Part shown: piece by piece, positions 42,126 to 53,596 of the stretch
How the letters are laid out: each line of letters opens with the position of its first letter
Numbering within the stretch: position 1 is the stretch's first letter
NCBI GenBank assembly: GCA_000934665.2
Contig: JYFJ02000112.1
Location: 1-64,000 of the forward strand
Direction of reading: 5' to 3'
Origin: Catajapyx aquilonaris
Taxonomy: Eukaryota
Length of the DNA: 64,000 bases
The notes under the pieces: model-generated
Database searches by the model: none
Told to the model about the DNA's origin: nothing
The model's input: only the letters and a program-made list of their open reading frames with translations
Made by a program: the position numbers and the translations under genes

Positions 42126-42383
42126 TTGGTGTGGTGGTTAAGGAACCCGCCTGCTAATCGGGAGGTCCTGCGGTTCGAATCCTGGGGCCGGCAACCCTGA
42201 TCGTGGTTTTCAGTGGGTTTTTCACGGTCCCTCCAGGATAATTCCGGGGTTGTTTCCGTATAATAGGCTACAGCCGCCTCCTTCCTTCCCTATCCTTGGC
42301 CCCATCCAATGGTGGTACTCCACCCCCCTAATGGAGCGCCGATTCTCCCAATGGGGTATAAATAAATAAATAAATAGATAATA
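42126..42383 (+). mobile_element. tRNA-derived SINE (body resembles arthropod Lm1/Nin-domain-type SINEs)
   Basis: Pol III A box TGGTGTGGTGG (42127-42137), B box GGTTCGAATCC (42172-42182) and a (TAAA)n tail. A 17-bp TSD, ATGTGA[G/A]GATGCTGAAG, lies at 42109-42125 and 42384-42400. The family resemblance is from memory, not a search. Confidence 0.9.
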
Positions 42384-42911
42384 ATGTGAAGATGCTGAAG
42401 ATGGTATGCAGATTGCTGCCATGATTGTGTGTTACTCAGAGGAAATTAATAAAGAGCTGCTCTAAACAAGGATGACTGTGTTGATGTTCATTCACATGCG
42501 AACATAACATGAAATATTTTTAATGCCATTGTTTGCTCTTTCCTCATGGTAGGGTGTCCTGATAATGTACATTAAATATTATATTCATAAATAAATAGAT
42601 AGATACAATACTCATATGGATCGAAATGGTCAAGGAAATGCAAAAGGGCCCTAATATGGCAACAATGAGTGGCCCGTACTTCGCGTACGTGAGATATTTC
42701 ATAAATGTAAACTGTACGCAGCTATTCCCCTTCATGCACGCCAACTTTCCTCTGTAGTGGTCAATGAGCTTCGGACATTATGTTGGCTGCGATACGGAAA
42801 AAATGCTCTCCTGAAAAATGTGTCACCTTGCAACTGGGCCCTTTTGCATTTCTATGCTTCATTTTGCATTCAAACATCCATACTTATTTTGCTTCGAACT
42901 TTTCTTCCTTC

Positions 42912-42942
<31 letters not shown>

Positions 42943-42954
42943 TCTCTCTCTCTC
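42912..42954. repeat. (CT)n microsatellite, one interruption
   Basis: Read directly. Confidence 0.95.
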
Positions 42955-43074
42955 GTAACATTAAATTCTCTCATTCTCATTCATTCACGCTCGAAATTAT
43001 CTTTACTATTCATTAATGTTTGAATTTTGTTGAGGTATAGGCTTCCTTATAGAGTTCTGTGCTTTAAAAAAACC

Positions 43075-43147
43075 AAACTTCTCTAACTCGAATCTTCTAT
43101 AACTCGAAGTTTTTCCCCGGTCCCGTGGAGATTCGACTAATTTACTG
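43075..43147. mobile_element. degenerate pogo/Tigger-type MITE fragment
   Basis: Tandem TAACTCGAA units, CGGTCCC and a TTTACTG end, which is the same internal grammar as the MITE at 21941. Confidence 0.35.
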
Positions 43148-45443
43148 CATTAAAGTAGCTCTACGGTGAAATACCGTGAGTTATAGTATAGTATATGAAT
43201 GCATTTAATCGCATGTCCTAGTATGACATAATATTATTATATGTCTGCAAAATTTTGTGATTTTCACCAGGATTTAAGTTAATCATATTTTAATGCTCGT
43301 TGGTGTAACGAAGACGAACAAAATAATTCTAATTAAAATCCGCCGAGGAAGGCACGAGTTTTATCAAGATGCACGGCAATGCATCCGCCAAGTATAAGCA
43401 ACTTCCACCGCCACTGACCCAGACTATTAGCCCCTTCTCTCCTTTACTCTTACGTCTGGTGGAGCAGAATTATCGGTATATCGACGGATATCGTTGCGTA
43501 TGGCAGGGTTTTTTTTTCTTGTGTGTTGAGGCAATTAAGTTTTGTCCATTAATTTGCATGATAACTTTTCATTTCAGAACGTATACACATGTTCTCTCGT
43601 GCACAATGCATTAAACGCACTTGCTTCTGGTCATCAGTATATACACGATTACGTAACAAGGTTTGTTGGTGATCCTATACTCCAGGAGATGTGTTAATAA
43701 AATGGTGAGCTGCAACATTTTGGTGCACGTAATTAGATAATGTGAATAATATTTTACTAACATGGGATTGCTCTTAAAAGTACTCAAATGCGTATTTACA
43801 GTAAACAATAAGTACGTGACAAGTTAATAGGAGAGTAATGCATTATATATTATATACATTATATATCATATACGTATAATGAATTACTTGAGATTAAGCA
43901 CTAATTTACATGCACAAATTTTTAAAAAATCATTTAAATTAATTATTACACCCTTAATTGACCACATTGTGAAATTTTGCAAGTGCCCACAATGACTATT
44001 TTCAGGTAACAGGTCGGAGTGGGGGTACATACTGTCTTGACATACCGTTACATACCGTACATCAGGGTATATATATGACAAAAAAAAAGTTTGGGAACGA
44101 TACTGCTCTAGAACCTGAGGTCGTAGGGTCGTACAGTAGCCTACAATACTATACAGTATAACCGTCCCCTTCCAGCCAGATCATCCTCTCCGCACTCGAC
44201 AAAATCGAATCACGCAAGATTAGCTGTTGCCCAGCTCGTATACTGTAATGTGCGCAACATGCTCGAAAACGCATGAATTGAATATGAAATTCGCTAAAAT
44301 TCCCCCTCTCCATTCAATATTGTTCGACTTTTACAACACCAACATACTGTATAACCGGGCTGAAATGCGCGTCCAAGTATCCTGAAAATCAGTTTAGTGC
44401 GGGGAAAAATCATTGAACTTATATTCAAACTTGTTGCTGGAATAAACAATTGTTTGTGGATCCCGCATTTGCATCCGGTCCAGCAGCCTTCTTCTTTTAT
44501 CCCCGCGGTCCAGCATCCCATTCTGTACGCGCCAGTGTGTGTAGATGCCGGTCCTCTATCTTCATTAATTAACACCTGTGCGGTGTGTAGCCCCCGGTGG
44601 GCCAGCCGGAGACATAAAAAGGAGGGTCAATTAGGGCCAATTTCACGCAGCAGGGCGCACATTAGGAAACGAGTCCCTGGGCAGTGATGGCAAAAGTATA
44701 AGAGAAAACCCCCTCTTCGCACCTGGGCACGCCCCTGGGCAACACAGAGCCGCTAACAAACATGGGGGCCCCCAGCTCCTGCTGCTGCCTTGCATGGTCG
44801 ATGAAGCCTCTTCTATATCCTTCCCCTGACAGTTTTAATCTCTTCTTCCCTGCCTTCCTCAGGATCCGGATCTCCCATCCATCTTCCGGGCTCCTCCATC
44901 TATCTTGTGCTGGTCCATCTGAGGAGCAGGAGGAGGAGGAAGAAGAGGAGGACCAGCCAGCACCAGGCAAAAGGATAACATTCACTGCTGCTCCATCTCC
45001 TTGTGTGCTACACCCCGCCATGCGAATAATCCAGGGGATTATACCACTCTTATAGGCTCCTGATGCGTCTATTAAGGAGGCTGGGCGACATCCAGATGGC
45101 TAACACAGGGTGTTTCATAATGATTCTGACAATTGCATGTCATATTACACATGCGAAGGTTATATCCTAATTTGCTGTTTATTGTGTGTGCACCGAACAA
45201 TCTGCGGTTCTTTCTCGGGAAATATGCTACCCTGATCATCTTGCAAATTAGTATGTGTTTCGTGATAATAATCCGTTACAACAATTCACACGAACTTGGG
45301 AACCGCATAAGTACAGGTAGAGTGGAGGAAGCTCTCTGCGTGTTTCTTGAGAGCAATATATATAAAAAAGTGATTTATCTCTTCCCGTACCTACCCCACG
45401 TGGATTTAGAGAGTGCCCAAGAAGGTCGCTCATGCAACCATAA

Positions 45444-45550
45444 AGTGACCTACAAACTATAGCTTTTATACACAAAATCAGTCATGTGTGAATGACTGAT
45501 TTTGTGTAAAAACTATAGTGCGTAGGTCACTCTTATTATATAATAAGAGT
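45444..45550. repeat. 88-bp imperfect hairpin plus an overlapping 22-bp perfect palindrome
   Basis: AGTGACCTAC..ACTATAG..CACAAAATCAGTCAT-gtgtga-ATGACTGATTTTGTG..CTATAGT..GTAGGTCACT (45444-45531), and ACTCTTATTATATAATAAGAGT (45529-45550). Confidence 0.9.
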
Positions 45551-47944
45551 TTGTTCTGACATAAATTGTACCAGAAATTAACACCGACTACGGCGACGAG
45601 GATGATGATAATGGTGTCATATTTCAATGTAAAATTACATTTTATAATGCATTGATTTCCTAATAGGATTATTACTGGGATTTTCCTGCATTTTAAATAA
45701 TAAAACTATCCCGCTGTCACTATCCCATATAAGTAGACCTTATAACTTCGCTGCAGTATTAATGATTTCCTGAGCTATAACTCTTACAGTGCAGATAAAA
45801 AAGAAATTAAAAGAGTGTTTAGTCACATTAGTTATCTTTACATCATAATGTAAACTGAATCCGAGAGTCCTTGAAAATATTGCTGTACCTCACAGCCATT
45901 AACTAGCACTCTTCACGTGACCAAATTACCTGAGGATCCTTGACGTACTGTTGAAAAGCACTGTTCCACTTGATGATTGCAATGCGCTCGCAGACTCGTT
46001 CATTGAAAATAAACTCAACTCTTCAGAACGAATCTGGAAAACTCATTTAGGACCATGATTACAATCTGAAGCATCGTTCTTCCAAAAAAAAGAAAAAAAG
46101 AAAACGTACTTCTCTCATTCTTCAGAGCACACACCACTTATACAACTCTTGAAATTGGTTACCGCGAATATTTACCATTCAGTCGCCTACGGAATGACGT
46201 GAAAAGGGGGAACCTTGAGTCGCTTGATTGAGCTCGAATGAATACCCCCATCCATGTTCCCTATCAGGCATCCTCTTCAGCAGAGTGTATCACTCGCCAT
46301 CATACCTCTTTTCTCCAAAAATCTTCCCCCTCCTTTTCTCTCTCTCCAACTCTATCTCACTCTTGCCCCCCCCCCCCCAACCTTCTTCCGAATTCTCCCT
46401 AAAATTGTGAGAGAAAGTGAGTAAACTTTTCTCTCCTTATCATCCATGTTTGTGGAGCTTCACTTCTCTTATGCCCGAATCTCGAAGGTTGGAGGGGGGC
46501 CATCTCCGTCCCCTTTCCTGAATCGAGTGCTGAGTAAATAGGCTGTAGGATTTACCATGCTTTATAATGCTCCGAGTGTCTAGGAGAAAATTTGGCGCCT
46601 TTTGGAAAATATAGAGAATGGTAAAAAGGGTGAGGATATTCGATCATTACCATATGGAGCCTGTGAGTTCAAAAGTAATTTACATGGGGGGTTAATCGGA
46701 TAATGAGCCGACCTTCAGATGCGACAAAGTGACATATGCCGTCGAGTCATGTGACAATAATGTAAACACTGAAGTCATTCAGTTTATCCTGGTTTAGAGC
46801 TGCAATGAGATTACATAATCTTTTTCTGGAAAAGAGGCTCGTAAGGATTGGCAAATTTCAGGGTAGCGACAAAAGTAATTTGCAACGTCTTTTATGGCCG
46901 ACAAAGCATGGTGAAAGGCATCTTATTTCTCTGCTGACTGACAGCAAATGAGACGCAAACACGTGTCCTACATGTACACGGTGCAATGGCACGCCAATTT
47001 CGTGCATGGTGCAAAGGTTACGTCCTTAAGATGCGTAAATAGTGCCGGAAATTAAAACACGTCCTACTTGTACAGACGTGTCACCATGAACCGCGTGCTA
47101 TTTCCCGAACTGTCAGATGCCAAAATTACTGTACAATAATAACCTTTGTACTCTGTACTGGTACATCCAACGTCTGAAGATTTTTGAATAACCACAAGGA
47201 GCCTCTCAATTCGTCGCGTCCGGGTTGGCCCAGTTAATACAATAATTGGACTAGACAAGAATCGAAAAGAAGCGGCAGAAGAACTCACAATATCTTTAAC
47301 TGCAGTGTGAATAGACAATTTTTACAAATTACCTCTTTGTGTAGGGAGACAGTTAAAAAAAATTCTCAAGTTTATCCCTCGTCTGTTGTAAACTTGGGCA
47401 GATAAAAATTAAGTCAAGGCGTGAAGATGGTGAAGGGAGCTAAGAGTCTTCTCTAGTCAGTGGAAATGAAATTGCTCCCCAAGTACATGTAACTGAAGCT
47501 CATTTCTTTTTTCCGTCCGACCAAATCCGGGGAGGTAACTTTGACTACTTCACACATTTTGCGCGACGAGAGACCTGTCGCCTTATCTGGTTTAAAGCCT
47601 GCAAAAATGAGCCTCGGGAGAGCACATTTTTTTGCGCTTGATAACACTCCGAGTACTGTTATTACAGTGTTCATTACGCGACATGTGCGGTTGGAGTTTT
47701 ATCCCCGTACTGTTTCTTTAATATTATCCTCCATGTTTTTTTGCGGGTCTCATCCATCATTGCGGTTTAGAAAGGTAAAATAATCCTATGGAATTTTCCA
47801 GTTGAGATTAGATATGACATGTATAATTTATTTGCTGATTGACGCAACCTGGTAACCCACAGGCTTTGGCGGCTAAATGTCACTATCCGAGGTCACACAC
47901 TAGTACTTCACATGCCGGTACCGTTACGAACAACATAACGAAGA

Positions 47945-48122
47945 TCTGAAAATATTTGCACCTGTTTGTGTCACGCACTTTTTTTAAAAAAAGGCAGAAA
48001 ACCGGTCACAATATTATGTAATGTTTGATCACCGTGATCAAACTTTACATAATTATTGTGACCGGTTTTCTGCCCCTTTTTTTTGAAAGTGCGTGACACA
48101 AACAGGTGCAAATATTTTCAGA
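47945..48122. repeat. 178-bp near-perfect palindrome (foldback)
   Basis: Arms of about 88 bp around a 1-nt centre (TTTGATCAC-C-GTGATCAAA). The outer 37 bp are perfect. Differences are limited to a homopolymer patch, one indel and one mismatch. Confidence 0.95.
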
Positions 48123-50602
48123 AACTTTCTGACCTGCTGTTGCCTACACTATATTCCTGTAACACATGCGTGAGATTCACCTGGTAACGGAAAACCTGCA
48201 CCCAAGTTACCGTATACCCACCAAATAACTCATACCAGAATGAGAATCGTGTCACCTCATCACCCACAATAAACTTTAAATGGAAAGCGACTTTCTCAGC
48301 TCCTTTTTTTATCGTCTCCTCCAAAGTATGACCTCCTTAGCCTCCCCTCCATCCTTCCGGAAATGCTAGTTTTAAACGAACTTTGCACACTTTGTACTGC
48401 ATACCATGCCCGATCATATTGTTATCCCTACATTTTACTTTCACCCTCACCTGACCTCCCAAGAGCCTAAAAAACAAGAAAGCTGTAGGAAATCCCTTTT
48501 TCTTTAATTAGTAGTGTAGCGTCCCAGCTGATCCCCATAGGGTGTCCCCCCCCCCCTTGCCCCTCGCTGTAACCAATGCCTTCCACTTAGCCAAAGCGAC
48601 ATGCGCAAGAGTAAGCGACGCACAATTCCCCATGAGACACGAGGTGATTACAATATATATATAGAGAGTGCAGCAGAGTTAGGTGGGCCCCTTCTGCTTC
48701 TGCCCCTGCCTCCGGACTAAGCCTCTTTTATACAAGCCTTCAAGTGTCTGTGGCCCTCCCTATATAAAAAAAGGAGGGGAGGGGGGGGTGTGTTAGGGGG
48801 GTGCAACCCAGTTCTGGCGGTCCTTTTGTTTGTCCGAAGGGTCCTCCCCAGTCGCGCCTGGAACGTTCGGTGAGGCTGTTGACGAAGAGGTGGCTACCGG
48901 GTACCAAGGTAGGATTTTTAGATCAGAACCTGTTGCTCGAGTTTGTCTTTATTGTTTTCCGGCAATTGGAAACTCTGGATGGCCAGTGTGCAGTCGAAGC
49001 CGCGAGCAGGAAGTGTCCAGAGCGAGGTTCAGACACATTTTTACTTTCTTATAAGTAAGTCAGGTTGTACCGGATGTTGCTTGATTAATTGTTGCCAATA
49101 GGACGTGTAACTAGTACGTGCTAACTGTTGAAGGGTGGGCGATATGGCTGCCGTTACCTGCTGGATTTATTGGTTGAACGTGATGGGGATGCGGGGTAAA
49201 AACACACGTATAGGTTTTGCATACTATAACTCACACCCTGATTGTTGAAGCGCATACATCACGCATGACTTTCATTCAAGCATGTGTACAGTTGGGAACT
49301 CTAGCAACAATCTGGTTCGCTATTGTTGACTAATTGTTGTCAACAGGCAGCCGACTGCCAGGCGTATAAAACCGACATAAAATTAAACTAGCCTAATCAC
49401 ATTGCAGTGTGCATCAATCACTTCTAAGTACCTTCTGCATAATGGACGTCCAGCATAAGTGCGTCAACCGGTTTTCCCCCTCCGCAACTTGAACCGAAAA
49501 AAAAGTCTGTCTGACTGCACATAAAATGCAATTAACTCCCAGCGCATAAACCGCAAATCTGGAAGCATATATGCAAATGTCCCATCCAGGGCGTTGGGAG
49601 ATGAAAATGTCAACGTCCGTCCATGAATGGCTACCCGATACAATTCCGCAACGCTTCAGGGAATATAGTCCGATTCAATCGTTCCATTTTAATATCTCTC
49701 TCTCTCTCTCTCTCTCATTTTTTGTATGAGTGTCTGCTGTGCGAGGCTGGGTGTGAATGAAAGGTTCTAACTGGCCATGCAGAAGAAAAGAGACCGAGGG
49801 GGGTTGATGATTGTGACTGGGAGGGAGGGCTTTTGCTTATACACCCCACAAGCATACCACCATTTGAGAGTTTAACGAGACGTAATTCGCTAATAGGAGT
49901 AGCCAATCAGTAGAGGGGATTTGCTTCACGAGTCAGCAAGTGTCAAGAAACTCTGACCCTTTTTTGACCTGACCCCGCACTCACTTGGCGTCCGGATGCG
50001 TTTTGATTCAGAGCCGCAGATTTTTTTTTTTGTTTGATAAGGGACAATTTGTTGCATGGACGCTTAATGCATAATAATCAAAGCGATGGAAAGTTTTAGC
50101 TTATGTATATTAATTTATTAATGATTCGCTTGCCAGAAATAGTGTTGGGTGAGTTTTAGACCGAAATTATGTACGGTTCTCAGACAAATGTTGATTCCGA
50201 ATTTGCATTGCTAGGATAAGTTAACCATACAATAACATTGGAAAGTCGGACTTTTATGATAATTTACGGAGTAGCAAAATTTGCAGTAAACTTTACTATA
50301 GGCATGTGTATCTCATCGACGTGCCAACAGGTAACGTATAAAACCAACTTACTGATTCCTGTTTCAAATATAGTTACCTAGCCTAAGCTGTCTGATATGA
50401 TATGTAATTGTAATTTTATTATTATTCAGAGAAGTTTTCTGCTCAGTTTGAGTGTGATTTCTCTATTTTTTTATACTTCAAATTAAGCATAATATGTTGG
50501 CTATTTCTATTTTGATAACTGACTCAATAGCCTAATTCTGACAAACTAGTGAACCTATTGCCAAAATTTGGCAAACTTAATACCTTTCCTCTAATACTCT
50601 AT

Positions 50603-50783
50603 TTCTCTCCATCGGATGTTTGTCTGACCTGATAATAGCCTACCGAGCTGGAGGCCAATTTACCAAGTGTTACTATTCTTCACACATAGATGGCACACCC
50701 TTTCCCCTGCACACTCCTGCCACTTTCAAGTCGTGCGGGTGAGAGTGGTACTGTCAGGTCGGACAAACATCCGACAGAGAGAA
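50603..50783. mobile_element. MITE-like element with ~32-bp terminal inverted repeats, superfamily unassigned
   Basis: Left arm TTCTCTCCATCGGATGTTTGTCTGACCTGATA versus reverse complement of the right arm TTCTCTCTGTCGGATGTTTGTCCGACCTGACA (4 mismatches). No clear TSD. Confidence 0.65.
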
Positions 50784-51139
50784 TGAGCGGATTAAAAGAA
50801 AGATTTATGCCTACAAATACGCATTCAAATTCAGCAGAAAGCTACTCCAAATTCTATCATTTACAGGCGACTCATCGTAAATTTCGAAAGAATTTTGCTT
50901 AATATATGCCGAATAAATTTTGGAACCAATTAAGTTGGCTCCGCACGTACACTGTTTTAATTATCGTCAATCACCAGTTTATATTTGGTATTTGACATGA
51001 CAATGTATCATTTACACGCAATTTCATCGCATTATTACGGGCATTATCTTATGCATAACTGCAATCTTAAACGTCCGCTTCTGCTCATATAGTCTAAATT
51101 CATATATCAAGTCGAGATGTAATTAGCAAGTTTGGAAGC

Positions 51140-51141
<2 letters not shown>

Positions 51142-51192
<51 letters not shown>
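51142..51192. repeat. (CT)n microsatellite, about 25 units
   Basis: Perfect dinucleotide run read directly. Confidence 0.98.
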
Positions 51193-51193
<1 letters not shown>

Positions 51194-52739
51194 ACCAAGA
51201 ATGGTCCGCCTTGGATGTCTTCCGCACGCTCACAGATTGCTCCAGAGCTAAGTCTTTTGTTTCCATTTAATCGGGGGGAATGCAAACCAGGAGTTTAGGC
51301 CCTCCTAATGTCTGGATGCTGGACAAACATTCCTCTAAGCCCTCCAAATGCTTCTCTATCGCCTCTGCATTGTTCTAGGTGGGAATAGCATTCCGCCACT
51401 TTGCTAAATTGTTCCTGTGATGTCAATACGCAAGCAATAACAGTTCCTCGAATTTGGCAAGACAAAACGCATCTAAAAGACACCGACGCGAAAATGTGGT
51501 TTCGTCACAGCCTAAGGACAACCTTTTTCCTGGGTTGACTACTCGTGCAACAGATCCTCAAATCCTACTTTCAACGAGCTGCGGGGATGCAACATTCCGA
51601 AAGTCGCGAAATATTGTGTGTCCTAGGTCAAGATAGTGCGCATGACCTACATCGGTCACTTTCAATCTGGCACTGGCCCTAACAAGTTTCCGTCAAAAAA
51701 AAGGCGAGGTTGAAACTTGCCACTTTGCATGCAAATTTCAGGCTGTGTAAGCATTGTATTTTAGATCACCCTATCATGTATAGCTTCCGTTCGTAATCAC
51801 AACGTTACGGTGTAGTAGTTTTTCAGTAATTACATGTACAAGTCATAAAGCAATTTGCTACAAGTAAGATAAAACCAGATAAAAACATACTATTCCACAA
51901 AAACTCTACTGTATATGGACTGATTTTGCACCATATTGAGGTAAGGTGATTATTTTTGATCTCCCCATTTTCCTCTCCTTCTCGCCAACAAAAGATGTCA
52001 GTAACGTCCTTGATCTGAACATAGCGGAAACCTATATCCAGTACGGATTTTTTTTTTTTGGTCCCTTACGGTGTAGGAAATATTTCAGTGACAGGATAAG
52101 GCAAAGTTTGTTTGTTTGTTTGTTTTTGTTTGTCCATGGCAACTGGTTTTTGTTGGTGATAATCATGGAAACAGGCTGTACGAAGAAAGGGCTCCGCTGC
52201 TAGTAAAGTAATACCAGGTAATACCGTTTAACATTATGCGGTACAGATGTACCAATATTGTAGGAACAAAAGAACATCCAGCAATTTATTACTTGAGTAT
52301 GTCGATATTGTTTATGGCATTGTAATGTTATTTTTATGGTCAATTCTGCCCGGACATTTTTTGGTATTTAATTATTTATTGCAATAATTATGGCATTTTT
52401 GTGCACATGTAACAGTGACAAACATTCTCTCACGTTCTTTTTACATCTAATTGTTCGGCAATTATAATCCGCATGAGAAGCTTCAGGTGGACCTCTCAGA
52501 AAAATATAACGCTTTATGATTCAATCAGTAAATCATCCACTGATCATAGTCATCCATACAGTGCAGTCTTCTATGTTACATTCCCACATCTGGTAATATG
52601 AACCCTTCCATGAATCGCTGGTATTCAGGGGGGAAATCTCGCATCTAAATTGGCGACCTCGGATGCACAATAATTGTTATTTGTATATACGCTTTGCCAA
52701 TTACCATACCGGTACCTGCGCACTTTTTCTGGTCTCGTT

Positions 52740-52811
52740 AGACTCGTGTATGTGCACTGCCTCGGAAGTTACTCACGAACATGGCTGTCTAAATAGACAA
52801 GGGCCCAGAAG
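52740..52811 (+). other. probable non-coding 5' UTR exon of the rost-like gene (5' boundary approximate)
   Basis: Consensus donor AAG|gtgagt at 52812 pairs with the acceptor at 53196 that precedes the ATG. The exon contains a tiny uORF, ATG GCT GTC TAA (52781-52792). Confidence 0.55.
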
Positions 52812-53215
52812 GTGAGTAGGCTCGTCTTAATAAAAAACCGGTTACACACTCGTAATTATTACGGTACACGTGTCAAGCCAGGGGAAAAGGGCATATCTGG
52901 GACAAATACTTCACATCCCACCTACATCCCGTATTGTAAGTAAGACATTTTTTAACCGTCCACATTATTGAGCACGGAACAGTCTTTTTTTCCCCATACT
53001 TATGTCGCCATGTGATCTTAATGACTGGGTGGCGCAACATCAAACGGACCGTTGCGAATATCCGTTTAATCGCGCAGGATATGTGATTTTTACTGAAGTG
53101 CTCGTGTGTGGTTTTGTGTGGAGATACGGTTAAACATCACGCATCGTTTGGAAGAAGTGTGCTTGGATAACTCACAACCAAGGTTATACATTACAGGTAT
53201 TGAGAAACTTGGACG

Positions 53216-53305
53216 ATGCCCTGGATGCCGGTTGTGAGTTGGGAGAAGATCCTCCTTAGGTTCGGCTTAGAAGGAGTCGACCCACAGTACTTTGTACGAA
53301 GTCAG
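53216..53305 (+). CDS. rost: rolling stone-like membrane protein, coding exon 1 (MPWMPVVSWEKILLRFGLEGVDPQYFVRSQ)
   Basis: Acceptor ttacag ends at 53196, ATG is at 53216, 30 codons are open, and the donor is CAG|gtaagt at 53306 (phase 0). Splicing gives 'F.L....P..FV.SQW', typical of the Rost family N-terminus. Confidence 0.88.
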
Positions 53306-53367
53306 GTAAGTCAAAATAAATAAATTAACGTCTAATGTCACATAAACGTTGTCTGAATTTTTCTCAG

Positions 53368-53596
53368 TGGGAGAGCGGTCAACGGACGTGTTTGACGTTC
53401 ATCGTGTACAGATGGGTCGTAGCAATCTTCTTCTCCGGAGTGATAGTGTACACCTTTGTGAACCACGTGTTACAGCTGTCATGGGCCCTCTATTTCATAT
53501 ACCTCACTCACTGGGGGCTCATGACCGAGGCTTTGCACTTCGTCGTGGCTGCGGTCATAGCCACGGTAGCCAAAGTACGTGCGGTCGAATTCGCAG
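53368..53596 (+). CDS. rost: rolling stone-like, coding exon 2 (WESGQ...YRW...YFIYLTHWG...VEFA)
   Basis: Follows a 62-nt intron ending ttttctcag. Encodes hydrophobic helices plus the Rost motifs YRW and FIYLT(H/N)WG. Donor GCAG|gtgagt at 53597 (phase 1). Confidence 0.93.

Noticed and set aside
42126..42192. tRNA gene (apparent GCT anticodon)
   Set aside because: No acceptor stem or poly-T terminator. It continues into a SINE body with a tail and TSD.
44662..45055. Poly-Glu/poly-Ser ORFs on both strands
   Set aside because: They come from a GAG/GAA simple repeat, with no convincing splice structure or domain.
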